64,000 nucleotides of DNA from Alphaproteobacteria bacterium (lineage in GTDB: Bacteria > Pseudomonadota > Alphaproteobacteria > CADEGL01): positions 38,323-102,322 of the forward strand of contig JBJXGH010000037.1 of NCBI GenBank assembly GCA_046153685.1, written 5' to 3'. The position numbers were made by a program, and so were the translations under genes. Every line of letters starts with the position of its first letter. Positions within the stretch are counted from its first letter, which is position 1. This document shows, one piece after another, positions 10,265 to 20,047 of the stretch. The notes under the pieces were generated by a model. That model had not been told where the DNA came from and made no database searches. It saw nothing but the letters and a program-made list of their open reading frames with translations.

Positions 10265-11691
10265 GGTTGGTGCTTGCCCACGGGAACCAGACTCGAGGGT
10301 GCGAGCTTGGCTAGGCCCGCGTCCAAGCGACGGGGCCGCCTGCCTTCGTCCTCTGCCGCTTCCTTTCGCACGATGGCGCCCCGAACCATGTACGCGCCGA
10401 CATAGCGGAACGGTTCGGGTGGAAATCGGCCATCGGGAATGCCGCGCGCCATCGGCATGGACGACCATTCGTCGCGCCGTTCGAGGGCAAGCGAGGCGAG
10501 GATGCGCCCGCCCATCCAGGACGGCCCCACGCCATTGCCGCAGTAGCCGTGGCCGTAAACGATGTCGGGGCAATCCGGATAGACACCGAAGAACGGCATG
10601 CCGCTTTTGGTGCGGGTCACCTGGCCGCGCCAACTCGATTCGATCGGCAGATCGGCGAGCGCGGGCAGGGTGCGGCGAAATTGGCCGACGACCTCGTCCG
10701 CGCGCGTGGCATGGCAATCGAACTTGCCGCCGATGCGTCCCGCGAAGACGAAATCGCCCCCGCCCTTCGAGAAATTGAGCCGCCCATCGGGTGTCGCGCG
10801 ATAGCCGTAAACGAGAAGGCGCGAATCCGCGACGCCCGTGCCGTTGTCCAAGCCCAATTCGCGCAGGCGTCCGGGTGCCTGGGCGGTGATGAGCTGATCG
10901 GAAGCGACGACGAGCACGCTGCGGCGGAATTCTGGCAGCGCCGCCGCCCAGGCATTGAGCCCGAGCACGATTTTCTTCGCCGTGATCGTGCCGCCGGGGG
11001 TGCGCACGCGCGCCGGTCGGGTGCGCTCAAGCCGTGTCATGGGGGTGTTTTCGTAAATGCGCACGCCGCGCGCCAAGGCCGCGCGCCTGAGGCCCCGCAC
11101 CAGCTTGGCGGGCTGCAAGGTCGCCATGTCCTTATCGAAAACGCCGCCGCGCGCCACCGCCATGCCGGTGCGCGTCCGTGCGTCCTTCGCCGACAGCACC
11201 TCAAAGGGGTGCTCGCCCGCGCGGTCGAGCGTGTCCACGGTCGTCCGCCATGCCCCGTCTTGCGCCGCGTTCGTAGCGGTCCAAATCCAGCCGTCGCGCC
11301 TGAGTTCGCAATCGATGCCCTCGGACGCGGCGAAGCCGATGATCCGTTCGACGGCCTCGCGCGTCGCGCGGTGGATGCGCACCGCCTCCTGTGCGCCTGC
11401 AATGGCTACGAGCTTCTCGAACTTGGCCGTCCACGACAGCAACATCCCGGCATTGCGCCCCGAGGCGCCGTAGCCGCAATAGCGCGCCTCGATGAGCGCG
11501 ATGTCGAGAGCGGGTTCGAGTTCCTTGAGGCGAATGGCCGTCCACAGCCCGGTATAGCCGCCGCCGACGATGCAAATATCGGCCTTGGCGTCGCCCGTCA
11601 GCGCGGGCGCGTCCGCGATGCCGTCCTTGGCCTCGATCTCGAAGGCCTGGTCGAGCCAGAAGCTCGGCGCGCGCGAGGCGGGGGCGCGCAT
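10261..11691 (-). CDS. FAD-dependent oxidoreductase (DAO/PuuB-OrdL-like), paralogue A
   Basis: IVGGGYTGLWTA, GASGRNAG, QPAKLVRGL, GYCGNGVGP. Confidence 0.88.
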   Translation of the reverse strand: MRAPASRAPSFWLDQAFEIEAKDGIADAPALTGDAKADICIVGGGYTGLWTAIRLKELEPALDIALIEARYCGYGASGRNAGMLLSWTAKFEKLVAIAGAQEAVRIHRATREAVERIIGFAASEGIDCELRRDGWIWTATNAAQDGAWRTTVDTLDRAGEHPFEVLSAKDARTRTGMAVARGGVFDKDMATLQPAKLVRGLRRAALARGVRIYENTPMTRLERTRPARVRTPGGTITAKKIVLGLNAWAAALPEFRRSVLVVASDQLITAQAPGRLRELGLDNGTGVADSRLLVYGYRATPDGRLNFSKGGGDFVFAGRIGGKFDCHATRADEVVGQFRRTLPALADLPIESSWRGQVTRTKSGMPFFGVYPDCPDIVYGHGYCGNGVGPSWMGGRILASLALERRDEWSSMPMARGIPDGRFPPEPFRYVGAYMVRGAIVRKEAAEDEGRRPRRLDAGLAKLAPSSLVPVGKHQP

Positions 11692-11695
11692 GGCG

Positions 11696-13105
11696 CTAGG
11701 ATTTTTTCTTCAGCGGAGTCAGACCGGCGGGCGCGAGCGAGGCCAGGAAATTGTCGATCCGGCTCGCGTTCCTGCCCGCCGCCTCGGCGCTTTCCTTGCG
11801 CTTGACGGCGCCCCGGACCATGTGGGCGCCGACATAGCGGAAGGGCTCGGGCGGAAAATTTCCGCGCGGGCCCTGGGCCAGCGGCGTCGAGGACCATTCG
11901 TCGCGAAGTCCGAGCGCGAGCGAGGCGAGGATGCGGCCGCCGAGAAAACATGGACCCACGCCATTGCCGGTATAGCCGAGGCCGTAAAACACATCGGGTT
12001 GGCCGGGCAGGCTGCCGAAGAACGGCAGGCCCGTGGCCGTGCGCTCGACAGGGCCGATCCAGCTATCGGTGATAGGCACGGCGGCGAGCTTGGGATACCA
12101 GCGCTTCAAGGTCGTTGCCATTTCTCCCGCGCGCGGCGCGCGGCCGTCGAAGCGCGTGCCGACCCGGCCCGCGAAGGCGAAGGCGCCGCCGCCCTTGCCG
12201 AAGACGATGCGGCCATCGACCGTCGTGCGATAATAATGCACGAGCATTGAGGAATCCGAGATCGCGACGCCCGTGGTCAGGCCGCTCTCGGCAAGTTTCT
12301 CGGGCGCCGGCGCGGTCACGATCATATCGGCGGCGAGCGGCATCATCGTGCGCCGGAACGCCGGCATTTGGGCCGCCCAGGTGCCGGTGGCGAGCACGAT
12401 TTTTTCCGCCGCGACCGAGCCCTTGGGCGTGCGCACGCGCATCGGCCGGCCTTGATCCAAGCCGGTCATGGGCGTGCCTTCGTGGATGCGCACGCCGAGC
12501 GCCAAGGCGGCCTTGCGAAGCCCGCGCGCAAGACGCGCAGGCTGTACGGTCGCGACCGCTTCCTCGTACACGCCCGCGAGATGGGCGGCCGAGCCCGCGC
12601 GGCGCGCGAGCTCGGCGGGACTCAAATCGGCGAAGGCGTCGGAGCCGAGATTCCTGTGCGCCTCGACGATGTCTTCCCAGGCGCCGAGCTGACCCCGATC
12701 GGCGGCGGTCCACAGCCAACCATCGGGGCGAAAATGGGCGTCGAAGCCGTGCTGGCGAGCGAACGCGCCGATGGCTTTCACCGCATCCTGCGAGGCGCGT
12801 AGCAGGCGCAGGCCTTCTTGCGCGCCGCAAATCTTTAGAATGGTCGAGAGCTTCGACGCCCAGGTCATGGCGAAGCCGCCATTGCGCCCCGAGGCGCCGC
12901 TGCCGCACACGTCCATTTCCAGGACGACGACATCGGCGGATGGGCGAAGTTGTTTCAAGTGAATGGCGGTCCACAAACCGGTGTAGCCGCCGCCGATGAT
13001 GCAGACATCCGCCCGGCCTTCGCCCTCCCAAGGTGAAGCGGGCACGGGGTTGCCCTCGGCGGCCAGGGCTTCGGCGAGCCAATAGCTTTTTTGCCGCGCT
13101 TCCAC
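11696..13105 (-). CDS. FAD-dependent oxidoreductase (DAO/PuuB-OrdL-like), paralogue B
   Basis: IIGGGYTGLWTA, GASGRNGG, QPARLARGL, GYTGNGVGP; near-identical C-terminal FPPEPFRYVGA-MVRGA to paralogue A. Confidence 0.88.
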   Translation of the reverse strand: MEARQKSYWLAEALAAEGNPVPASPWEGEGRADVCIIGGGYTGLWTAIHLKQLRPSADVVVLEMDVCGSGASGRNGGFAMTWASKLSTILKICGAQEGLRLLRASQDAVKAIGAFARQHGFDAHFRPDGWLWTAADRGQLGAWEDIVEAHRNLGSDAFADLSPAELARRAGSAAHLAGVYEEAVATVQPARLARGLRKAALALGVRIHEGTPMTGLDQGRPMRVRTPKGSVAAEKIVLATGTWAAQMPAFRRTMMPLAADMIVTAPAPEKLAESGLTTGVAISDSSMLVHYYRTTVDGRIVFGKGGGAFAFAGRVGTRFDGRAPRAGEMATTLKRWYPKLAAVPITDSWIGPVERTATGLPFFGSLPGQPDVFYGLGYTGNGVGPCFLGGRILASLALGLRDEWSSTPLAQGPRGNFPPEPFRYVGAHMVRGAVKRKESAEAAGRNASRIDNFLASLAPAGLTPLKKKS

Positions 13106-13114
13106 GAGGGGCTC

Positions 13115-13936
13115 CTAATTCGAGCCGTAGGGCGGGCAGTGCCAGCCCTTGGGCGAGAGGGTGAAGATTTCGTGCCCCGTCGCCGTCACGCCGAGGGAAT
13201 GTTCGAACTGCGCGGACAGCGAGCGATCCTTGGTCACGGCGGTCCAGCCGTCCGAAAGGATCTTCACGTCCCAATCGCCCGCGTTGATCATGGGCTCGAT
13301 GGTGAAGAACATGCCTTCGCGCAAGGCAAGTCCCGTGCCCGGCTCGCCGAAATGCAGGATGCTCGGCGCATCGTGGAATACGCGGCCGAGGCCATGGCCG
13401 CAGAAATCGCGGACCACCGAAAACCGCGCGCCTTCGGCATGGTCCTGGATGGCGTGGCCGATATCCCCAAGGGTCGCGCCAGGACGCACTTGCGCGATGC
13501 CGCGCATCATCGCCTCGTATGTCACCTCGACAAGTTTCCTTGCCTTAACCCCGATCTTGCCGACGGGGAACATGCGGCTGGTGTCGCCATGCCAGCCGTC
13601 GAGAATGACGGTCACGTCGATGTTCGCGATGTCGCCGTCCTCCAGGCGCTTTTCGCCGGGAATGCCGTGACAGACGACGTGATTGACCGAGATGCAGATC
13701 GATTTGGGAAATCCCCGGTAGTTGAGCGGCGCCGGAATCGCGCCGTGAGCGATGATGAAATCGTGGCACAGTTGGTCGAGCGTCGCCGTGACCGCGCCCG
13801 GCACGACATGGGGCGTGATGAAGTCGAGCGTTTCCGCCGCCAGGCGCCCGGCCCGGCGCATGGCCTCGAACTCGGCGGGGCCGTGCAGCTTGATCTTCTG
13901 CTCGGGCGGATCCCATTTGGTCTCGATGTCGTTCAT
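13115..13936 (-). CDS. map: Methionine aminopeptidase type I
   Basis: CISVNHVVCHGIP, NIDVT, GDTSRM, GHGLG-FH, FTIEPMIN, AQFEH. Confidence 0.97.
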   Translation of the reverse strand: MNDIETKWDPPEQKIKLHGPAEFEAMRRAGRLAAETLDFITPHVVPGAVTATLDQLCHDFIIAHGAIPAPLNYRGFPKSICISVNHVVCHGIPGEKRLEDGDIANIDVTVILDGWHGDTSRMFPVGKIGVKARKLVEVTYEAMMRGIAQVRPGATLGDIGHAIQDHAEGARFSVVRDFCGHGLGRVFHDAPSILHFGEPGTGLALREGMFFTIEPMINAGDWDVKILSDGWTAVTKDRSLSAQFEHSLGVTATGHEIFTLSPKGWHCPPYGSN

Positions 13937-14037
13937 TGCAAGATCGCTTTTGGGGCAAGTCGGTTTAGATCCGGATCGGCTCCGGCGTGCCGCCGGCGCG
14001 CCAGGACGCCAGAGGGCAATCTAATCCGCAAGTGGGC

Positions 14038-14787
14038 CTAATCCGCAAGCGGGCCGGTTTCGATGGAATTTTCGCGGGCCGTCTCGATGGGCAAGGGGCG
14101 CGCCAATTCGATCGCCGTGCGGCCGACCTTGCAACCATAACATAGCGCCTCGACGCCGCGCGCGCGGGCCTTGGCGAAGGCGGTGGCGTAATTGGGATCG
14201 ATGTCGGCGGCAAGGCGAAAGCGATCGCAATCGCCGCGCTGGACCACGAACAGCATCACCGCCCGGCGGCCCGCGGCGACCATGCGCGACAATTCATCGA
14301 GATGCTTGGCGCCGCGCGCGGTGACGGAATCGGGAAATTCCGCGGCTCCGCCCCGGCCCCGGTCGCGCTTGAGGTGGACGTTCTTGATCTCGACATAGCA
14401 AGCGGGCTTGCCCGGCGCCTCGAGCAGCAAGTCTATGCGCGAGGCGCGGCCATAGGGCACCTCGCGCCGCACCGTTTCGTATCCAGCGAGCTCTGGAATC
14501 CGCCCGGCGGCGAGCGCCTCCTCGGCGAGCGCATTGGGCCGCCCGGTGTGCACGCCCACCAGGGCATTGCCGACGCGCACGAGTTCAAGGGTATGGGGCA
14601 GGCGGCGATTGGGCGTGGCGGCCCGCGACAGCCAGATCTGCGCGCCGGGGGCCGAGACGCCCAGCATCGAACCCGAATTGGCGACGTGCACCACCTCCTC
14701 GCGTCCATCCTCGAAGCGCACATCGGCGAGGAAGCGCTTGTAGCGGCGCAGCAGCGTCGCGCGCACAAGAGGGGAGGCGAAGCGCAT
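14038..14787 (-). CDS. sfsA: DNA/RNA nuclease SfsA
   Basis: RRYKRFLADV, H-NSGSM, SRIDLLL, VEIK, FPDSVT-RG-KHL-EL. Confidence 0.95.
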   Translation of the reverse strand: MRFASPLVRATLLRRYKRFLADVRFEDGREEVVHVANSGSMLGVSAPGAQIWLSRAATPNRRLPHTLELVRVGNALVGVHTGRPNALAEEALAAGRIPELAGYETVRREVPYGRASRIDLLLEAPGKPACYVEIKNVHLKRDRGRGGAAEFPDSVTARGAKHLDELSRMVAAGRRAVMLFVVQRGDCDRFRLAADIDPNYATAFAKARARGVEALCYGCKVGRTAIELARPLPIETARENSIETGPLAD

Positions 14788-14816
14788 GCGGCTCCTGGGC
14801 GGTTCCCGAAAGGTCC

Positions 14817-14854
14817 AAAAAGAGAAAGGGCGCCGCCCTCGCGGGCGGCGCCCC
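14817..14854 (-). terminator. Probable intrinsic terminator after the OmpA-family gene
   Basis: Minus strand GGGGCGCCGCCC-GCGA-GGGCGGCGCCC then TTTCTCTTTTT. Confidence 0.75.
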
Positions 14855-14876
14855 GTCCCATTCCATTGGAAGCGAA

Positions 14877-15761
14877 TTACTTGCCGAGCACGATAACGGC
14901 GCGGCGGTTTTTCTCTTCCTTCGTGTTGTCGCCGGTCGAGACGGCGAGGTCGTCTTCACCGACCCAGTACGTTGCGACCAAAGTCGTCACACCCATTTTC
15001 TTGAGCGCGGCGGCAACCGTGGCCGCCCGCTTCTCGGACAGTTTCAGGTTATGCGCATAGCTGCCCGTGGTGTCGGTGTGGCCGGTGACATTGACCACAT
15101 TGGGCTTCGCCTTGCTGATCGCGTCCGAAGCCTGCTTGAGCACGGTTTCCTGGTCCGCGCGGACATTCGACTTGTTGAGGTCGAACAGCACGGTGAAGGG
15201 ACCGGGCGCCTTGGCTGCCGGCGCGGGAGCCGGAGCGGGCGGCGGAGCGGGAGCCGGAGCGGGCGCCTTGATGGCCGCTTCGACGATCGTGATCGCATCC
15301 ACGAACTTGTTTTTGCACTTTGCGATGTGCTCCGGCTGGACGTTTTCTTCCTGCTGCTCGACCCAGCAATCAAAGGCCGCTTGGGCTTCGGCCGCCTTCT
15401 CGGGGGCCTTCACGGTGCCGTTGCCGTTGAGCGCCGCATTCAAGCGCAGATATGCCGACTGCAACTCGCCCTTCTTGTCGGGCGCGAGCATGGTCGATTT
15501 GGACGGATCGGTGGCCGGAGGTGTCTGACCCTTGCCGGCCATCATCGCCTTGTCGATATTCCGCTCGGCGGTGCCGAGATCCGACATGAGGTTAAGCTCG
15601 TAATCCGCGTAGGTCAGATATTCCTTCCACAACGCATTCTGGAACGCGCTTCCAGCGGGCTTCATCGCTCGCGCTTCGGTCAGGCGCTCCGAGGTCAGCG
15701 GACCGCAGGCCCCAACCACCAAAAGCAGCGCGACAGCCGTGCAGTATTTAATGAATCGCAT
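14877..15761 (-). CDS. OmpA-family peptidoglycan-binding lipoprotein
   Basis: Signal peptide with lipobox VGAC; AQ-AFDCWVEQQEEN-Q domain; Pro/Ala linker; GHTD-G-N-LS-RA and NRRA OmpA_C motifs. Confidence 0.92.
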   Translation of the reverse strand: MRFIKYCTAVALLLVVGACGPLTSERLTEARAMKPAGSAFQNALWKEYLTYADYELNLMSDLGTAERNIDKAMMAGKGQTPPATDPSKSTMLAPDKKGELQSAYLRLNAALNGNGTVKAPEKAAEAQAAFDCWVEQQEENVQPEHIAKCKNKFVDAITIVEAAIKAPAPAPAPPPAPAPAPAAKAPGPFTVLFDLNKSNVRADQETVLKQASDAISKAKPNVVNVTGHTDTTGSYAHNLKLSEKRAATVAAALKKMGVTTLVATYWVGEDDLAVSTGDNTKEEKNRRAVIVLGK

Positions 15762-16229
15762 TTTTTTCCCCAGCGTTGCAGCAACACCAACTCGGCCAAT
15801 CGCCAGGACTTTCCTGACCCGACCACTCAATCTTCGAGATAATTTAGCAAAACTAATGATTTGGCGCAATCCCCATGGGTGCAATCTGGTGTCATGTTGC
15901 AGAAATAACACTTTAGATTCCAATCAAGTTGCCGCCACTGCTTTCTTGCCGTTCATTGACTTCGGACAAGGAGTTACGGTTTTCGCGGCAATCGCCAGGG
16001 GTATCACGGTCCGGGTCAAGCCAATTCCACGATGGACTTATTCCCCCGACCGTGCCCTTCGCCCTTTGGCTCGTCTATCGCCTGGCCAAGCCCGTTTCGC
16101 ATGCCAGCGGGCGGCGGATCGGCGAGCGGACAGGGCGGCTTGGTTTTCACTATGATGGCGCATGATGAAGCCGCGACGCGGCCGTCGAGCGTCGGCGCGA
16201 GAACGCTTCGCTTCGAATGGGAAATCCGA

Positions 16230-17006
16230 ATGTCCAATACCGCCGCCGATGCCGCCGTTGTTACCGCCGCCGTACTCGTCATCGGTAACGAGATTCTCTC
16301 CGGGCGCACGCAGGACGCGAATCTGAACTACATCGCCAAGGGTCTCACGGGCGTGGGCGTGCGCCTGCGCGAGGCACGCGTGGTCGCGGACCTCGAGGGC
16401 GAGATCGTCGCGGCGTTGAACGTGCTCCGCGCCAAATACGATTATGTCTTCACCACCGGCGGCATCGGCCCGACGCACGACGACATCACTTCGCCGTGCA
16501 TCGCCAAGGCGTTCGGCGTGGCGCTGCACCACCATCCCGAAGCGGTTGCGGCGCTTGAGGCGGCCTACCAGCCCGGCCAGTTGAACTCGGCGCGCCTGCG
16601 CATGGCCGAGGTACCCCTCGGCGCCGCTCTCATTAAGACGGCGGCGTCGGCGGCGCCCGGTTTCCGGATGGAAAACGTCTTCGTCATGGCGGGCGTGCCG
16701 TCGATCATGCGCGCCATGTTCGACGCGGTGAAGCACTCGCTGCGTTCGGGTCCGCCGGTGCTCGCGCGCAGCATCCTGACGCATCTGCCCGAGGGCACGA
16801 TCGCATCCGGCTTCGCCGCGTTGCAGGAGAAATATCCCGAGATCGATCTCGGCAGCTATCCGTTCTTCCGCCAGGGCAAGTTCGGAACCTCCCTGGTCGC
16901 GCGCGGCGTCGATCGTGCGCGCCTCGACGCGGCCGCGGGCGATGTCGCGAACATGATCCGTGCGCTCGGCGGCGAGGCGGTCGAGGAACCTGAGCCCAAT
17001 TCCTGA
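16230..17006 (+). CDS. CinA-like molybdopterin-binding domain protein
   Basis: VIGNEILSGRTQDAN, TTGGIGPTHDDIT, VMAGVP, GSYPF. Confidence 0.92.
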   Translation: MSNTAADAAVVTAAVLVIGNEILSGRTQDANLNYIAKGLTGVGVRLREARVVADLEGEIVAALNVLRAKYDYVFTTGGIGPTHDDITSPCIAKAFGVALHHHPEAVAALEAAYQPGQLNSARLRMAEVPLGAALIKTAASAAPGFRMENVFVMAGVPSIMRAMFDAVKHSLRSGPPVLARSILTHLPEGTIASGFAALQEKYPEIDLGSYPFFRQGKFGTSLVARGVDRARLDAAAGDVANMIRALGGEAVEEPEPNS

Positions 17007-17035
17007 GGGCGAATGATCCCGAAGGGCGCCCAATC

Positions 17036-17152
17036 GCGACGATTGAAGGTGAAGTCGCTCGCGCCCTCGGCACCGGCCTGGGTGAAGGTGCCGTGCTCGG
17101 GCATCTGACTCGAAATATTGGTGACGGCGCGGATCAGCTTGTCGAACGCCTA
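17036..17152 (-). pseudogene. Possible remnant of the C-terminus of a caspase-like (peptidase C14) gene
   Basis: *AFDKLIRAVTNISSQMPEHGTFTQAGAEGASDFTFNRR resembles the Q-P-x-G...AG-EG-DF-F end of bacterial caspase domains; recognition by eye only. Confidence 0.4.
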
Positions 17153-17207
17153 AAGGCTTGAGACGCCGAGGCTAGGATGGCACGCCGCGCGGCGGTTATG
17201 ATTGGCC

Positions 17208-19256
17208 ATGGCTAGATCCGTCGCCTTACGTTCGTCCGCGCCCAACACCGCCGCGCCCAATGTAGCGCGGCCGAAAGTCTGGCGCGCGCGCTCTCTCTCC
17301 GTTCTGCTTGCCGCATGTATCGCGGTGGGGGCTTACATGTTGGCGCGGTTTCTGCCGTTCGCCGATGCAGCCGAGGAGGCGATCGCCGATCTTCGCTTCG
17401 CGGCCTTGGGCAGCCGCGCGCCGAGCCAGAATACCGACATTGCGCTCGTCACGGTGACCGAGGACACGCTCGCAAACCTCCCGTACCGCTCGCCCGTCGA
17501 TCGCTTGGTCTTGGCCCAGGCGGTCGCGGTGCTGGCCAAGGCCGAGATAGCGGCGCTCGGCTTCGACATCCTGTTCGACCGGCCGACCGAGCAAGCCAAG
17601 GACGAAGCGCTCGCCCAGGCCCTGGCCGATTTTCCCGCCCCCGTCGTCCTTGCCTGGGCCGATGCGGCGGACGGGCTTGGCGCCGAGCAGACCGCCTGGA
17701 TCGAGGCCTTTGCCGCCGCCGCTGGCGCGCGCACCGCCTTGCCCGTGCTCGCGCGCGATGCCGATGGCGCGATCCGGCGCTGGCCGCGCTTGGCCCGTGC
17801 GGCCGAGCGCCAGACGAAGCCCGGATTCGCCGCTGCGCTCGTGCCCGCTCGCGCGGCCGAGGCCGCGAAGCTCGAGGGCAAGCGCATCGATTATTTGGGC
17901 TTGCCGCTCGACGGCGCGGATGGCTTCGCGACCTTGCCCATCCATGCCCTGCCCGTGCTTGCGGCGCTAAATCCGGCGGCGCTGTCGGCCGCGTTCAAGG
18001 GCCGCGTCGTCATCCTTGGCGCCGATCTTCCGGGCATCGATCGCCATCGCACCCCGCTTGCCGCGCGCGCGGGCGCACCCGCCGATATGGCGGGAATGGA
18101 AGTCCACGCCCAGATGGTGGCTCAGCTTCAGGACGGCAGGCGCGTGCTTGAGCCGGGCCTGGCCGGGGAATTAATTTTCGCCTTTGTGTTCGCGCTCGCG
18201 GGCGCGGCGCTCGCGCACTGGGAACGCCCGGGCTGGCAGAAGGCCCTGATGCTCGTCGCCGCCGCGCTCGGTTTGTGGGTCATCGGCTTTGCGCTCGTTT
18301 CGCAGGCGCGCATCCTGATGCCGCTTGTCGCGCCGAAGCTTGCCTTGTTCGGCGCCTGCGGTATTGAAAGCGCGCGCGCGCACCGTCGGGAACGCGCGCT
18401 GCGCCGCTTCATCCGCGGCGCCTTCATGATGTTCGTGCCGCCGGCGGTGGTCGAGGAGCTGACGCGCAATCCCGCGAGCCTCGCGCTCGGCGGCGAGCGG
18501 CGCGTGATCACCGCGCTGTTCACCGATGTCGAGGGCTTTACCGCGCTCGCCGAGCGCCTGCCCGCGCACGAACTCGTGCCACTGCTCAACGCCTATCTCG
18601 ACGGCGCCTCGCGCATCGTGCTCGCGCACGGCGGCACGATCGACAAATTCGTTGGCGACGCGGTCGTGGCGTTTTTTGGCGCACCGCTCGCCCAGGACGA
18701 CCACGCCCGCCGCGCGGTCGATTGCGCCTGCGCGCTCGATACCTTCGCCGAAGAGTTCCGCGACGGCCATCCAGGCTTTGGGCGCACGCGTATCGGCGTG
18801 CACACCGGGCCGGCTACGGTCGGCAATTTCGGCGGCGAGGGGCGATTCGATTACACCGCCATGGGCGACACGATGAACATCGCCGCGCGACTTGAAAGCG
18901 CGAACAAGCACTTGGGCACCCGGGTCTGCGTGAGCGCCGTCACAGCGTCGGGCCGCGACTCTGATATGCTAGTGCCGGTGGGCGATATCGTGCTTAAGGG
19001 CAAAACCGAGGCCGTCGGCGTGTTCACACTTCTGGCCGGGCAGGACGAATCCGGAAACGCGTCAATCGGAAGCGGGGCAGCCTGGAATGACCGCTACCGG
19101 GCGGCCTATGCTGCCCTGGTGAACGGCGAGGAATCGGCGGCGGAAGAATTCCGGGCGCTCGCGGACGAGCGGCCGGGCGAACCGCTCGCGCGGCTGCATC
19201 TCGTCAGAATCCGCGCTGGCGCGCGCGACGCCCGAATCGTGTTGGAGGAGAAGTGA
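17208..19256 (+). CDS. CHASE2-domain class III adenylate cyclase
   Basis: N-terminal TM, CHASE2 motifs (GFDILF, DADG-IRR, D-H-TP, G-EVHA), 3 TM helices, FTDVEGFT, DKFVGDA, YTAMGDTMNIAARLE. Confidence 0.92.
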   Translation: MARSVALRSSAPNTAAPNVARPKVWRARSLSVLLAACIAVGAYMLARFLPFADAAEEAIADLRFAALGSRAPSQNTDIALVTVTEDTLANLPYRSPVDRLVLAQAVAVLAKAEIAALGFDILFDRPTEQAKDEALAQALADFPAPVVLAWADAADGLGAEQTAWIEAFAAAAGARTALPVLARDADGAIRRWPRLARAAERQTKPGFAAALVPARAAEAAKLEGKRIDYLGLPLDGADGFATLPIHALPVLAALNPAALSAAFKGRVVILGADLPGIDRHRTPLAARAGAPADMAGMEVHAQMVAQLQDGRRVLEPGLAGELIFAFVFALAGAALAHWERPGWQKALMLVAAALGLWVIGFALVSQARILMPLVAPKLALFGACGIESARAHRRERALRRFIRGAFMMFVPPAVVEELTRNPASLALGGERRVITALFTDVEGFTALAERLPAHELVPLLNAYLDGASRIVLAHGGTIDKFVGDAVVAFFGAPLAQDDHARRAVDCACALDTFAEEFRDGHPGFGRTRIGVHTGPATVGNFGGEGRFDYTAMGDTMNIAARLESANKHLGTRVCVSAVTASGRDSDMLVPVGDIVLKGKTEAVGVFTLLAGQDESGNASIGSGAAWNDRYRAAYAALVNGEESAAEEFRALADERPGEPLARLHLVRIRAGARDARIVLEEK

Positions 19257-19975
19257 TGATCCGCTTCGCGATCCGTCTCACGCTCGCTACTCTCGCGTGG
19301 GTAACGCCGGCCGTGGCCGCCGATATCGTGATCGTGGCCTCGAACGTGCCCGCCCACAAAGCGGGACAAATCATCGATTCGGCGGCAATGCTCGATCTCG
19401 CGGCTGGACAGAAACTCACCTTCATCGCCGGCAACGGCAAATCGGTCACGCGCGCGGGTCCGTACAAGGGTCCGGTATGGGACACCGCGCCGCCCGCCGC
19501 CGACAAGAAATTCATGGACGCCTTGGCGAGCCTTGCGGCAGGCCAAGCCAAGGGCGGGCAGACCCTCGGCGCCGTGCGCGGCGCGCATAAGGGCGAGCCC
19601 GTCGATCCCTGGGTGGTCGATATCGGGCGCGGGGGCGATCAGTGCGTGGCGTCTGGCGCCGCGCTCCAGCTTTGGCGCGCATCCGCCGACAAGCCGGCGG
19701 TGTTGCACCTTGCGGGCGCGAAGGACGAAGGCCGCGCCCAGACCGATTGGCCGGCTGGAGCGGCGATGCTGCCATGGCCCGCCGAGGTCAAGCTCGCCGA
19801 CGGCGCGGTTTACATGGCGCGGCTCGACGGCGCGCCGAGCGCGCGGCGCCTCGTTCTGCATCTCGCGCCTGATGGGCTGTTGTCCGACGCGCACCGCGCG
19901 GTGTGGATGGCTGAGATGGGCTGCGCGCTCCAGGCCCGAATCCTGCTATGGGGTGCCGCGGGGGCGTCGAACTAG
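19253..19975 (+). CDS. Exported hypothetical protein coupled to the cyclase
   Basis: Signal peptide ending AVA-A; start overlaps cyclase stop; codon style matches neighbours. Confidence 0.75.
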   Translation: MMIRFAIRLTLATLAWVTPAVAADIVIVASNVPAHKAGQIIDSAAMLDLAAGQKLTFIAGNGKSVTRAGPYKGPVWDTAPPAADKKFMDALASLAAGQAKGGQTLGAVRGAHKGEPVDPWVVDIGRGGDQCVASGAALQLWRASADKPAVLHLAGAKDEGRAQTDWPAGAAMLPWPAEVKLADGAVYMARLDGAPSARRLVLHLAPDGLLSDAHRAVWMAEMGCALQARILLWGAAGASN

Positions 19976-20047
19976 CGGTCCGGGCTGAAGGACCGTGTTC
20001 GGGCTGTCCGGGCCGGACCGCTGGCTGGCCGCGCGGCGCGAGGTATT

